NCBI GenBank assembly: GCA_964530955.1
Contig: CAZHCL010000001.1
Coordinates: 49,381-113,380 of the forward strand
Direction: 5' to 3'
Origin: Candidatus Woesearchaeota archaeon
GTDB taxonomy: Archaea > Nanobdellota > Nanobdellia > Pacearchaeales > GW2011-AR1
Length of the DNA stretch: 64,000 nucleotides
This document shows, piece after piece, positions 27,833 through 36,935 of the stretch (position 1 is the stretch's first letter; each line of letters opens with the position of its first letter). The position numbers and the translations under genes are program-made. The notes under the pieces were generated by a model. The model saw only the letters and a list, made by a program, of their open reading frames with translations, was not told the origin of the DNA and did not search any database.

Positions 27833-29533
27833 ATGGCCGAACAGATATTAGTTTCTTTAAGTCTCATTATTGCAATAGCTGCATTGGTCACTATTTTGGT
27901 CAGGATAATTAAACAGCCACCCATAATAGCATATCTCATTTCGGGAGTAATAGTTGGGCCTTTGTTCCTTAACTTGATAGGACCAACAACGGACACAACT
28001 GGATTATTGCAATTGTTCTCTCACCTTGGTGTTGCACTATTGCTATTCATAGTCGGATTGAGTCTTGATTTCAGGTTACTAAAAGAGGTAGGTCCAGTTT
28101 CTGCTCTAGCTGGAATTGCTCAGATAGTGATTACTGGTGTTCTTGGATATTTACTTGCCGTATGGATGGGACTTAGTAACATAGGCGCAATATATCTTGC
28201 ACTCGCACTTGCATTTTCTTCGACAGTTGTTGTTGTAAAAATATTATCTGATAAAAGAGAGATTGATACTTTACATGGAAGGATTTCACTTGGAATATTA
28301 ATCATCCAGGATTTTGTTGCTGCACTGGCATTAATGATTATTCCATTCTTTAATAAAACTGGAAATATAGCGAGCATGGCCGGTAATTTTGGATTGGTTG
28401 TTCTTTTGATAGTTTTGACTTTTGTGCTTTCTACTTTTGTTTTCAATAGGTTGCTTAGCTATCTTGCAAGTAACCAAGAGGTTTTGTTCCTTTTTGGAAT
28501 TGCTTGGGCTCTACTGCTGGCAACAGTATTTGATTATCTTGGATTTTCTTCAGAGATAGGCGCATTGGTTGCTGGAATGTCTCTTGCTTCAAGCAAATAC
28601 ACTCTAGAATTGGAGGGTAAGATAAAACCTCTCCGTGATTTCTTCATAGTTCTATTTTTTATATTTTTTGGAAGCCAGCTGGCTGGAAGCATTGGATGGG
28701 ATATGATAAGGGATGCAATTATACTTTCTTTATTTGTAATAATTGGAAAACCAGTCATAGTAATGTTTATCCTGAAAATATTTGGATACAAGAAGAGAAC
28801 AAACTTCCTTGCTGGAACAAGCCTTGCGCAGATAAGTGAATTTTCTTTGATACTCGTCTTACTTGGATTTACTCTTGGACATCTTAACCAAAGTATAATG
28901 AGCCTTGCAGTTCTTGTTGCGATATTTACAATAGGAATAAGCAGCTATATGCTTTATTATTCTCATAGTGTATTTAATGGAATATCTGGATTACTTGGAA
29001 TATTTGAAAATAAAAAGCATAGAGCAGAAGAAAGTAAAAAAGAAGAAGAGTATGATGTTTTCTTGTTCGGATATCACAGAATAGGATATAAAATACTTCA
29101 AACATTGAAAAAGAGCAAATTAAAATTTGTTGTTGTTGACTATAATCCTAAAGTTATAACTACTTTAAGTAAAGAAGGAATTGAATGCATATATGGAGAT
29201 GCTGCAAATAAAGATTTCCTTAGAGAAATTCCAGTTCATAGGGCAAAAATGATTATTTCGACTATACCTGATGAATCTTCAAATAGAGCTATAAGAGAAA
29301 TGCTAAAAGAAAGAAACTCAAAAGCAACATTCCTTGCTACTGCTGAACAGCCAAGAGCTGCTCTTGATCTTTATGAAGCAGGAGTAGACTATGTTATAAT
29401 ACCTCATCATCTAGGAGGAAGTTTTGTATCTACAATAATAAGGGCATTTGGAACTAATAAGGATAAATACAGAAAGGCTGGAAAAGACCATTATCATGAG
29501 TTGAAAAAGGCTAAAAACAACTCCAGCTTCTAG
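27833..29533 (+). CDS. CPA2 cation:proton antiporter with C-terminal RCK/TrkA-N domain (KefB/KefC-like)
   Basis: Many TM helices, LGVALLLFIVGL, AFSSTVVVVKIL, FFIFFG, QISEFSLI; then GYHRIG, VVVDYNP, IYGDA. Confidence 0.9.
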   Translation: MAEQILVSLSLIIAIAALVTILVRIIKQPPIIAYLISGVIVGPLFLNLIGPTTDTTGLLQLFSHLGVALLLFIVGLSLDFRLLKEVGPVSALAGIAQIVITGVLGYLLAVWMGLSNIGAIYLALALAFSSTVVVVKILSDKREIDTLHGRISLGILIIQDFVAALALMIIPFFNKTGNIASMAGNFGLVVLLIVLTFVLSTFVFNRLLSYLASNQEVLFLFGIAWALLLATVFDYLGFSSEIGALVAGMSLASSKYTLELEGKIKPLRDFFIVLFFIFFGSQLAGSIGWDMIRDAIILSLFVIIGKPVIVMFILKIFGYKKRTNFLAGTSLAQISEFSLILVLLGFTLGHLNQSIMSLAVLVAIFTIGISSYMLYYSHSVFNGISGLLGIFENKKHRAEESKKEEEYDVFLFGYHRIGYKILQTLKKSKLKFVVVDYNPKVITTLSKEGIECIYGDAANKDFLREIPVHRAKMIISTIPDESSNRAIREMLKERNSKATFLATAEQPRAALDLYEAGVDYVIIPHHLGGSFVSTIIRAFGTNKDKYRKAGKDHYHELKKAKNNSSF

Positions 29534-29582
29534 TAAACATCAGATTGTCAAAATTTAAATAAGCCTTGTTTTTATAATACTT

Positions 29583-30872
29583 ATGATAGATATCAATCTT
29601 CTCAGGGAGAAACCTGAGGTAGTAAAAGAAAGCCAGACTAAGAGAAACGCAGGCACAGATGAAGTAGATAAAGTTCTTAAGCTTGATAAGGAATGGAGGG
29701 GTTTGAAGGAAGAAGTAGACCAGCTCAGAGCTAAAAGGAATAAAATTTCTGCAGATATAAGCGAAGCAAAAAAGAAAGGTAGTGGCGCAGATTCTCTTAT
29801 GAAAGAGGCTAAAGAAATCCCAAAAAAGCTTGAGGAAAAAGAAAAAGAACTTAACTCTAAAAAAGAAGCGAGGGACAAGGTGCTTCTTGAAATACCTAAC
29901 CTGGTTGATAAAAGTGTCCCTATAGGCGATTCTTCTAAAAATAAAGTGATAGCTGAATTCGGAAAAATAAAGAAAGATGATTTTGTAAGAAAGGACCATG
30001 CTGATATTTTAGCAGCTCTTGATTTACTTGACACTGAAAAAGCATCTGAAGTTGCTGGTTCAAGATTCTATTATCTGAAGGGAGATTTAGTCAGATTAAA
30101 TTTTGCAATTATCAGCTTCGCTCTAGACTTTCTTAGAGAAAAGAAATTTACATTGATACAACCTCCTTACATGCTTCGTAGAGATGCTTTGGAAGGAGCA
30201 GTTACATTAGGTGCATTTGAAGAAATGATTTACAAGATTGAAGGGGAAGATCTCTATCTTATTGGAACAGCAGAACATGCGATTAATGCGTATCACATGA
30301 ATGAAGTTCTAAATCCAAACAAATTGCCTTTAAGATATGCGGGAATATCTCCTTGTTTCAGGAAAGAAGCAGGCTCCCATGGAAAAGACACAAAAGGAAT
30401 TTTCAGAATACATCAATTTGAAAAGATAGAGCAGTTTGTCTTCTGCAAACCAGAAGATTCATGGAAAGAGTTTGAATTAATTTTAAATAATTCTGAAGAA
30501 ATGCTGAAAGCACTCGAAATACCTTTCAGATTTGTATTATTATCTTCTCAGGATATGGGTCGTGTGCCCACGAAGACAATAGATTTTGAGGGATGGTTCC
30601 CAAGCCAGAAAGCATACCGAGAACTTGGCTCTTGTTCAAACTGCCTAGACTATCAGGCAAGAAGAAGCAATATAAAGTACCAGGATAAGAATGATACTTC
30701 TTTTGTAAATACGCTAAACAATACAGCCATAGCTACTGAAAGAATGATGGTCTGTTTAGTTGATAATTTCCAGCAAAAAGATGGAAGCATAAAGATTCCT
30801 AAAGCTCTTTGGAAGTACACTGGATTTAAAGAGATTAAGCCGAAAAAAGCTGAGAAAAAAGATAAGAAATAA
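29583..30872 (+). CDS. serS: Seryl-tRNA synthetase
   Basis: MIDINLLR, coiled-coil arm, LIGTAEH, FRKEAGSHG, RELGSCSNC.DYQARR, TLNNTAIA. Confidence 0.97.
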   Translation: MIDINLLREKPEVVKESQTKRNAGTDEVDKVLKLDKEWRGLKEEVDQLRAKRNKISADISEAKKKGSGADSLMKEAKEIPKKLEEKEKELNSKKEARDKVLLEIPNLVDKSVPIGDSSKNKVIAEFGKIKKDDFVRKDHADILAALDLLDTEKASEVAGSRFYYLKGDLVRLNFAIISFALDFLREKKFTLIQPPYMLRRDALEGAVTLGAFEEMIYKIEGEDLYLIGTAEHAINAYHMNEVLNPNKLPLRYAGISPCFRKEAGSHGKDTKGIFRIHQFEKIEQFVFCKPEDSWKEFELILNNSEEMLKALEIPFRFVLLSSQDMGRVPTKTIDFEGWFPSQKAYRELGSCSNCLDYQARRSNIKYQDKNDTSFVNTLNNTAIATERMMVCLVDNFQQKDGSIKIPKALWKYTGFKEIKPKKAEKKDKK

Positions 30873-31238
30873 TTAATCTCTTTCTATTATAATAGCGTTA
30901 CTGGCATTTGAAATAACAACTCTGTTCTTTACGCTTCTCTTTATTGCTGCATCAAGACTTGCAATATAATATCCTTGTTTTCCTTTATCTATCAATCCCT
31001 TATCAACAGCTATATTGCCGAGACTTATTTTCTTTACTTTTGCTGATTCAAATATCTTTAATGCTACTTCAATTGCTGATTTATCTTCTTTTGAGACCTT
31101 TAACTTTAAGTCTTTCAGTTCCTGGTATACTTCTCTCGGCAAAAAGACTTTGAATCCCTCTTCTTCTAAAAGAGATATGAAATCCATTTTTCTTTTCACA
31201 CAAGAGATAATAAAGTTACTATCTAAAATCACTTCCAT
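30873..31238 (-). CDS. PIN-domain protein (Utp24/Fcf1-like)
   Basis: VILDSNF, V..EL, VD..L, IASLD..IK. Confidence 0.8.
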   Translation of the reverse strand: MEVILDSNFIISCVKRKMDFISLLEEEGFKVFLPREVYQELKDLKLKVSKEDKSAIEVALKIFESAKVKKISLGNIAVDKGLIDKGKQGYYIASLDAAIKRSVKNRVVISNASNAIIIERD

Positions 31239-31317
31239 CTAAATCATTTAGGTATTATGAATATATTAAGCTTTCGCTAAATAGAAAATTTATAAACTCA
31301 ATAGGACTTGATTATTT

Positions 31318-31878
31318 ATGGAAGAAGTTGGACACCTTACTGAAGTAATAGAGGGCGCAAAGGAGGCTTTGATTGCTAAGGACGTCGTTAAACTTAGAGA
31401 CCTTTCTAATCAGACAGTTCATCAGGCTGCAACTCATCAGGATGAGGGATGTATAACTCTCGCAGTATTAATTTATGCTCTAAGCAAGCTAATAGAAAGA
31501 AGAGATTATAATAAAATAAAGAACTGGGATAAGTTCACTAAGAAAATAATTTCTTTCATGAGTCTTGCTGTTTCTGCCCTAAAGGAGGGAAAAGAAGATA
31601 AATATAAAGGATATCTTGAGATGAGCAGGAAGAGTCTTGCTTCTATTTCATTAAACCTTAAGCCATATATACAGGAAGTTATAAGAAAAGCAGCGATACA
31701 TAAAGCATCTAAAATATATGAGCACGGAATTTCTATGGGTGCGACTGCAAAGATGCTGGGCATTACACAATGGGAATTGGCAGAATATACTGGCCAGAAA
31801 CAGGTTGCAGACAATCCTTATGCGGAAAAAATCGATGTTAAAAAGAGAGCTAAAATGGCTTTGGAGTTCTTTTCATGA
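31318..31878 (+). CDS. Helical protein with C-terminal UPF0175-like HTH
   Basis: EHGISMGATAKMLGITQWELAEY resembles the ISLGKAAELxG-S-WE pattern. Confidence 0.65.
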   Translation: MEEVGHLTEVIEGAKEALIAKDVVKLRDLSNQTVHQAATHQDEGCITLAVLIYALSKLIERRDYNKIKNWDKFTKKIISFMSLAVSALKEGKEDKYKGYLEMSRKSLASISLNLKPYIQEVIRKAAIHKASKIYEHGISMGATAKMLGITQWELAEYTGQKQVADNPYAEKIDVKKRAKMALEFFS

Positions 31879-32549
31879 AGGTTCTTATTTTTGATTCTGG
31901 AGCGTTAATTAATTTATCAATGAATGGCTTGCTTTATGTGCTTCAAGATTTAAAGAAAAACTTCGATGGTAGGTTTATAATAACTGAACAGGTAAGATAT
32001 GAAACTGTTGACAGACCTATAGGGATACAGAGATTCGAATTTGGAGCGATACAGGTAAAAAATTTGATTGATTCGGGAGTTATTGAAATGTCTTCAACCC
32101 TTAAAATAGATAATAACGAGCTTAAGAAAAGAACGAAAAATCTTATGGACAAGGCAAATCATTTAATGCAGGTAAGAGGTAGCTGGGTTCATTTGGTTGA
32201 GGAGGCTGAGATGTCCTGCCTTGCGCTGAGCTCTATACTTAATGATAACAAAATAGATAATATCATTGCGATAGATGAGAGAACTACCAGGAGCATATGC
32301 GAAAATCCAGAAAATCTTGAGAGAATGATGTCTGAAAAGATTCATCAAAATGTTCATCTTATTGAAGAAGATTATACTGAATTTTTAAAATTTAAATTTA
32401 TAAGATCTTCCGAGCTACTTTTTGTGGCTTATAAGAAAGGTATAATAAAATTAAGTGGAGCTAATGTTCTTGAAGCCCTTTTGTATGCTACTAAGTATCA
32501 TGGTTCTTCAATATCTTTTGAAGAAATTAATAATTTAAAGAAGATGTGA
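31875..32549 (+). CDS. PIN-like protein (DUF3368-like)
   Basis: LIFDSGALINL, V..E.V, EEAEMSCLAL, IAIDERTTR; ATGA overlap with the upstream gene. Confidence 0.65.
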   Translation: MKVLIFDSGALINLSMNGLLYVLQDLKKNFDGRFIITEQVRYETVDRPIGIQRFEFGAIQVKNLIDSGVIEMSSTLKIDNNELKKRTKNLMDKANHLMQVRGSWVHLVEEAEMSCLALSSILNDNKIDNIIAIDERTTRSICENPENLERMMSEKIHQNVHLIEEDYTEFLKFKFIRSSELLFVAYKKGIIKLSGANVLEALLYATKYHGSSISFEEINNLKKM

Positions 32550-32555
32550 CTAAAA

Positions 32556-32629
32556 TGGATCTGGAGGGAGTTGAACCCTCGTCTTCCGGGCTGGAGCCGG
32601 AAATTCTAAATCCGTTGAACTACAGATCC
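32556..32629 (-). tRNA. tRNA-Trp(CCA), intron-less
   Basis: GGATCTG TA GTTC AACGGATTTA GAAT T TCCGG CTCCAGC CCGGA AGAC GAGGG TTCAACT CCCTC CAGATCC A. Confidence 0.93.
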
Positions 32630-33696
32630 ATAACTTGAGGTATTTTACCTAACTCAGTCTTCTCAAGCACAATTATCTTATTTTCTCCTATTAAAAAAGT
32701 ATCTTTTTTCGGTTTTTTGAGGCAGATTAGAAAACCGAGGTTTGAGCCTATATCTTCTAAGTATCTATTTAATTGATTTATTTCAGAAATGGATATTTCA
32801 TGACATTTGTAATTTTTTAGCTCGATAGCTACTTTTCTGTCTCTTCTTTCCAAGATAATATCGGCAATCCCTCTTTTTGTCTTAACTAATCTATTAACTG
32901 AGCCATATCCTGTAAGTTTTCTCGCTATTTCATGTTCAAATTTCTCTGCATCCATCCTTATTTCTTTAATTATAACACCATGTATGTTTAATCTTTCATA
33001 AGGAAATTTGACACCTGCTCGTTCATATGCTTCAAATATCCCTCTCTCAAATAATGCCTGCACATGAGTCTTGCATGCCTTATTTACCTGTCTTTGTGTT
33101 GCAAGCGTGTTGTTTTTTATAAAATCTATAATTATATTTTGCTTATTTATCCTCCTCTTATCACCTTTCGAAACAAAAGGTATTCCTGCTATTTTGTATA
33201 TTTCCTTAGTGTTTTTAAATAATGAATGAGGGTGAGTTTTAGCTATCTTGCCAATCTTATCTAATCTTAACAGAGGGTTTTTCCTTACTAAATTTATAAT
33301 AATCTGCCTCTTTTCGCTAACACTTCTATTCATCAGTTTGCGACGTTCCTCTCTTAGGTAAGGCACACCTGCAGATTTGAAAGCATCTTTAGTATTTTTA
33401 AAAATCTCCTGAAAATTTATTTTTGTTTCCTTCTTAATAGTATGCCCTCCAGCTAGATGATTCTTCCTTATATAATCGATAATTATTCTCTTTTTCTCTT
33501 CTTTGGACATTCTTTTGAAAGTCCTTGGAGTATTTACTCGGGCGTCCCTGTAAGCTTCTTCCATGCCTCCTTCATAGACTTTATCTATCTTTGTATGCAA
33601 GTCTCTCTTTATCTCAGCAAAAGTTGCTCTAGGGTTTTTATTTATGTACTCTCTGACCACTTCTCTTCTCTTTTCCAAATCACCATAGAATCTCAC
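32620..33696 (-). CDS. Four-repeat DNA-binding-like region plus C-terminal PD-(D/E)xK (Mrr-like) endonuclease
   Basis: Four ~60-aa repeats ending (F/Y)...EA(Y/F)..AG(V/I); FEHEIA...IADIIL...AIELKNY; stop codon lies inside tRNA-Trp. Confidence 0.75.
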   Translation of the reverse strand: MRFYGDLEKRREVVREYINKNPRATFAEIKRDLHTKIDKVYEGGMEEAYRDARVNTPRTFKRMSKEEKKRIIIDYIRKNHLAGGHTIKKETKINFQEIFKNTKDAFKSAGVPYLREERRKLMNRSVSEKRQIIINLVRKNPLLRLDKIGKIAKTHPHSLFKNTKEIYKIAGIPFVSKGDKRRINKQNIIIDFIKNNTLATQRQVNKACKTHVQALFERGIFEAYERAGVKFPYERLNIHGVIIKEIRMDAEKFEHEIARKLTGYGSVNRLVKTKRGIADIILERRDRKVAIELKNYKCHEISISEINQLNRYLEDIGSNLGFLICLKKPKKDTFLIGENKIIVLEKTELGKIPQVMDL

Positions 33697-33840
33697 TTAT
33701 ATCAATAGGCAGGGTATTATTTATATTTTTCTATTGTATTACGCTCCTAAAATATACATTGAAATTCTTCGCCTCGAGCTAAAAATTATCTGTATAAATG
33801 CAGGATAAACATTTATAAATAAAATTTGTCTGTATAAAGC

Positions 33841-34266
33841 ATGCCAAACGGTAGAAAAAAAGAGGGTTCTTCAGACAGGCTGACAAAAATAGAGACTGAA
33901 AAACTCCAAGAAAAATTAATTGAAAATCTTGTTGAATTACAGAAAGTTCATACAGATATGGCTGAAAAATTCGATAAACTGACTGGACAGATTACTAATC
34001 TACTTACTTTGTTCGAAATGGCCGCAAGGAGCTTTGCAGAACATCCTGCGAATCAGGGAACTGAAAAGGACAAAGAATTCCTCGATAAGATTGATAAATT
34101 GCTTGACCAGAACAAGACTATCGCTAAAGGACTAACGCTAATGGAGGACAGACTTAAGGAAAGGGTCTATGGAGCCCCGAATATGCCTCAAAGACAGATG
34201 CCTGCTCAGGACAAGAATGATGAGTATGAATCTTCATCTCTTAACAGACCTCTTCCAAAATTCTAA
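33841..34266 (+). CDS. Hypothetical coiled-coil protein
   Basis: 141 aa heptad-like helices, LL.LFE.AARSF. Confidence 0.7.
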   Translation: MPNGRKKEGSSDRLTKIETEKLQEKLIENLVELQKVHTDMAEKFDKLTGQITNLLTLFEMAARSFAEHPANQGTEKDKEFLDKIDKLLDQNKTIAKGLTLMEDRLKERVYGAPNMPQRQMPAQDKNDEYESSSLNRPLPKF

Positions 34267-34271
34267 AAAAG

Positions 34272-35102
34272 ATGAGTGAAACTGACGACAATGAGAAAGA
34301 ATTCCTTTATGCTTTTGTAAGAGAATTGGTGAATGGAATGGTTTCTTCTGGAATGATAAGAGTAGAAAATAATTATCCTAGTATTGAAAAAATAAAAGAA
34401 AATATCAAGATATATGAAAAGCCTGAAAACACTCTTGCTAATGTTATTCTTATGAATCAGACTCCTGCTGTCCAGAAATTAATGCAACCTTTTGAAATAA
34501 TAAAAGATGCTGACAAGCAAAAAGCAAACATTGTCAGCATGATGGGGATTCCTTCATTGCCTTCTCAAGTTCCTATGCCTAGAGTTCCAAAACCTCTGCA
34601 ACCTAGACCTCAAAATCGTCCAAATATGAATGGAAGACCTCCTTTCTCACAACCATTACCTTTCATGCATAAACAAAGTAATATGAGAATGCTTCCTCCT
34701 AGAAATAACGGATTTTTCCCTCCTGTAGGAAGACTTCCTGCACAATCCTCTCCGCCCGCTCCTGAAAAATCACCATTCATAGGTTTTGCAAAGATAGATG
34801 AAATACTTGGAGATTCTGCTGTGCAAACAGTTGAGTGCCCCGGGCCTAATAAGCCTGTTTTGGTATACAAGGGAGGGGCAGTCCGATCTTCCAAGCTTAC
34901 TCTTACCTCTGATGAAATCAATAATATAATGAAAAGTGTGTCTGAAAAAACAAGAATACCTTTGATGTCTGGTGTTTTCAAGGCAGCATATGGTAATCTA
35001 ATTATAACCTCTGTTATGTCTGACTTTGTAGGTACTAGATTTATGATACAAAAAAAACCACAGCTTCCCCCACAACAACCAAACTCTCTTTACCAACAAT
35101 AA
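34272..35102 (+). CDS. Pro/Gln-rich protein ending in a domain like the N-domain of VirB11/TadA secretion ATPases
   Basis: KIDEILGDSAVQTVECPGPNKPVLV resembles L..D..I.EI..NGP..PVYV; no Walker motifs. Confidence 0.55.
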   Translation: MSETDDNEKEFLYAFVRELVNGMVSSGMIRVENNYPSIEKIKENIKIYEKPENTLANVILMNQTPAVQKLMQPFEIIKDADKQKANIVSMMGIPSLPSQVPMPRVPKPLQPRPQNRPNMNGRPPFSQPLPFMHKQSNMRMLPPRNNGFFPPVGRLPAQSSPPAPEKSPFIGFAKIDEILGDSAVQTVECPGPNKPVLVYKGGAVRSSKLTLTSDEINNIMKSVSEKTRIPLMSGVFKAAYGNLIITSVMSDFVGTRFMIQKKPQLPPQQPNSLYQQ

Positions 35103-35129
35103 TTTAAAGTCTATTTTTATTAAAAAAAC

Positions 35130-35732
35130 ATGAATGAAGAACTTACTGCACTTTATGAAAAAAGAAAGGAAGATATAAAGAAAAGACTGAAAAATTTTAA
35201 GAATCTAAAAGAAGAAGAGCAGTTTAAAGAAATGATTTTTTGCTTGTTGACTCCACAAAGCAACGCTCAGAAATGCTGGCAGGCCGTTGAACAAGTTTCC
35301 AAACTTGATAGATGGAATAGAAAGAATATATCTGAGATTTTAATCAGAAAAACAAGATTCCATAATAATAAGACAAGATATGTCTTGCTGGCTGATGAAA
35401 CTTGGAAAAAGATAAGAGAATATCTAGATGAAGAAGATAGAATAACTCTTAGAAACAGAATTGCTTATGAAGTAAAGGGTTATGGATTAAAGGAAGCAGG
35501 CCATTTTCTTAGAAACATAGGTAAATCAAATAATGAAATAGCAATACTTGACAGGCATATACTGAGAAATTTAAAAGAATTAGGTATAATTGAAGAAGAT
35601 AAAATAAAAAGTAAGAAAGATTATCTTGAAATCGAGCAAAAGTTCCTTGCTTTTTCTGAAAGGATAAATATTCCTATTGATGAACTTGATTTGCTCTTTT
35701 GGAGCAAGGAAAATGGTGAAATTTTCAAGTGA
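35130..35732 (+). CDS. ogg: 8-oxoguanine DNA glycosylase/AP lyase (archaeal Ogg)
   Basis: FCLLTPQS, VKGYGLKEAGHFLRNIG, AILDRHILR, ELDLLFW. Confidence 0.9.
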   Translation: MNEELTALYEKRKEDIKKRLKNFKNLKEEEQFKEMIFCLLTPQSNAQKCWQAVEQVSKLDRWNRKNISEILIRKTRFHNNKTRYVLLADETWKKIREYLDEEDRITLRNRIAYEVKGYGLKEAGHFLRNIGKSNNEIAILDRHILRNLKELGIIEEDKIKSKKDYLEIEQKFLAFSERINIPIDELDLLFWSKENGEIFK

Positions 35733-35773
35733 ACTTAGTAAATCAACAGATTTAAATAAAATCTTATTTTAGG

Positions 35774-36469
35774 GTGAATATGGAAAAGAAAGTGATGGTA
35801 ATCAGTCTCGGTGGTTCTATAATAATACCTGATAAGATTAACTTTGAATTCCTTGAGAAATTCAAAAAAGAAATTGAGAGAAACTTTGGGAGATGCAAAT
35901 TTGTCGTTGTTTGCGGAGGAGGAAGTATTGCGCGTAAATATATTGAAGCGCTCAGAAAAGAAGGAAAATCAGAGAGAGAACTTGCTTATGCAGGAATAAG
36001 GGCAACAAGAATGAATGCTTTGTTTTTGATGCAATTTTTTGGTAAAGAAACAAACCATAAACTTCCAAAAGATATGAATGAGATACGTAATGACCTTTCA
36101 AAGCATGATTTGGTAATTTGTGGAGCGCTGAGATATGCTGATAATGAAACTTCTGATGGAACAGCTGCTAAATTGGCTAGATTTTTGAAATCTGAATTCA
36201 TTAACATAACTAATGTTAGAGGACTTTACACTTCCGATCCTAGGAAAGATAGAAATGCTAAATTTATACCTCTTATAACTTGGAAAGAATTTGATGAAAT
36301 GGCTAATGCAGTTAAATTTAAGGCAGGACAGCATTTTGTCCTTGACCAGGAAGCAGCCAGAATAATCAAAGAAAACAGAATTAAGACATACATAATTGAT
36401 GGAAATGCATCTAATATGGGTAATATTTTTAGAGGTAAAAAATCTGTTGGAACAATAATCGAAGGTTAA
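35774..36469 (+). CDS. pyrH: Uridylate kinase (archaeal type)
   Basis: VISLGGSII, VVVCGGGSIARKYI, GI.ATRMNA, TNVRGLYTSDP. Confidence 0.92.
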   Translation: MNMEKKVMVISLGGSIIIPDKINFEFLEKFKKEIERNFGRCKFVVVCGGGSIARKYIEALRKEGKSERELAYAGIRATRMNALFLMQFFGKETNHKLPKDMNEIRNDLSKHDLVICGALRYADNETSDGTAAKLARFLKSEFINITNVRGLYTSDPRKDRNAKFIPLITWKEFDEMANAVKFKAGQHFVLDQEAARIIKENRIKTYIIDGNASNMGNIFRGKKSVGTIIEG

Positions 36470-36913
36470 TTGAAGATGATAAATACTGATAAAATTGAAA
36501 AGGCTAAACTAATGATTAAAGAGTCTAAGGAGAGACCCTTAGTTCTTCTTGCTCAGGATGATAACTTTAACAGAAAAATTCTTGAATATGGAAAATTTGA
36601 TGTTTTGCTTTCTATTGAAAGAGGCGAGAGAAAAGACTCTCTTAGACAAGTAGATTCCGGATTTAATCATGTTCTGGCAGTAATCGCTGCAAAAAATAAG
36701 ATTAGTTTTGGAATAGACCTAGACGAAATTAAGAATCTTGGCAAGAAGGAAAAGTCTGAAATGATTAAAAGAATAAGGCAAAATATAGTTCTTTGTAGAA
36801 AAAAAGGAGTTAAACTGTGTGTTTTTGGATGTTCTGACAGGAAAGATGCTTTTGCTTTTCTTATAAGTCTTGGTGCTTCAAGCAACCAGGCCAAAGAAGC
36901 AATATATTTTTAA
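36470..36913 (+). CDS. RNase P protein subunit Rpp30-like (short)
   Basis: NRKILE...DVL, DSGFNHVLA..AAKN.I, NI.LCRK. Confidence 0.7.
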   Translation: MKMINTDKIEKAKLMIKESKERPLVLLAQDDNFNRKILEYGKFDVLLSIERGERKDSLRQVDSGFNHVLAVIAAKNKISFGIDLDEIKNLGKKEKSEMIKRIRQNIVLCRKKGVKLCVFGCSDRKDAFAFLISLGASSNQAKEAIYF

Positions 36914-36935
36914 CCCTTATTATGCTATCAAAAAT

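Noticed and set aside
29511-30034. Antisense ORFs over serS, and similar shadows such as 41433..41975, 28120..28446 and 34610..34981
   Set aside because: They lie fully opposite confident genes, have Ser/Phe/Leu-rich mirror composition and show no motifs.
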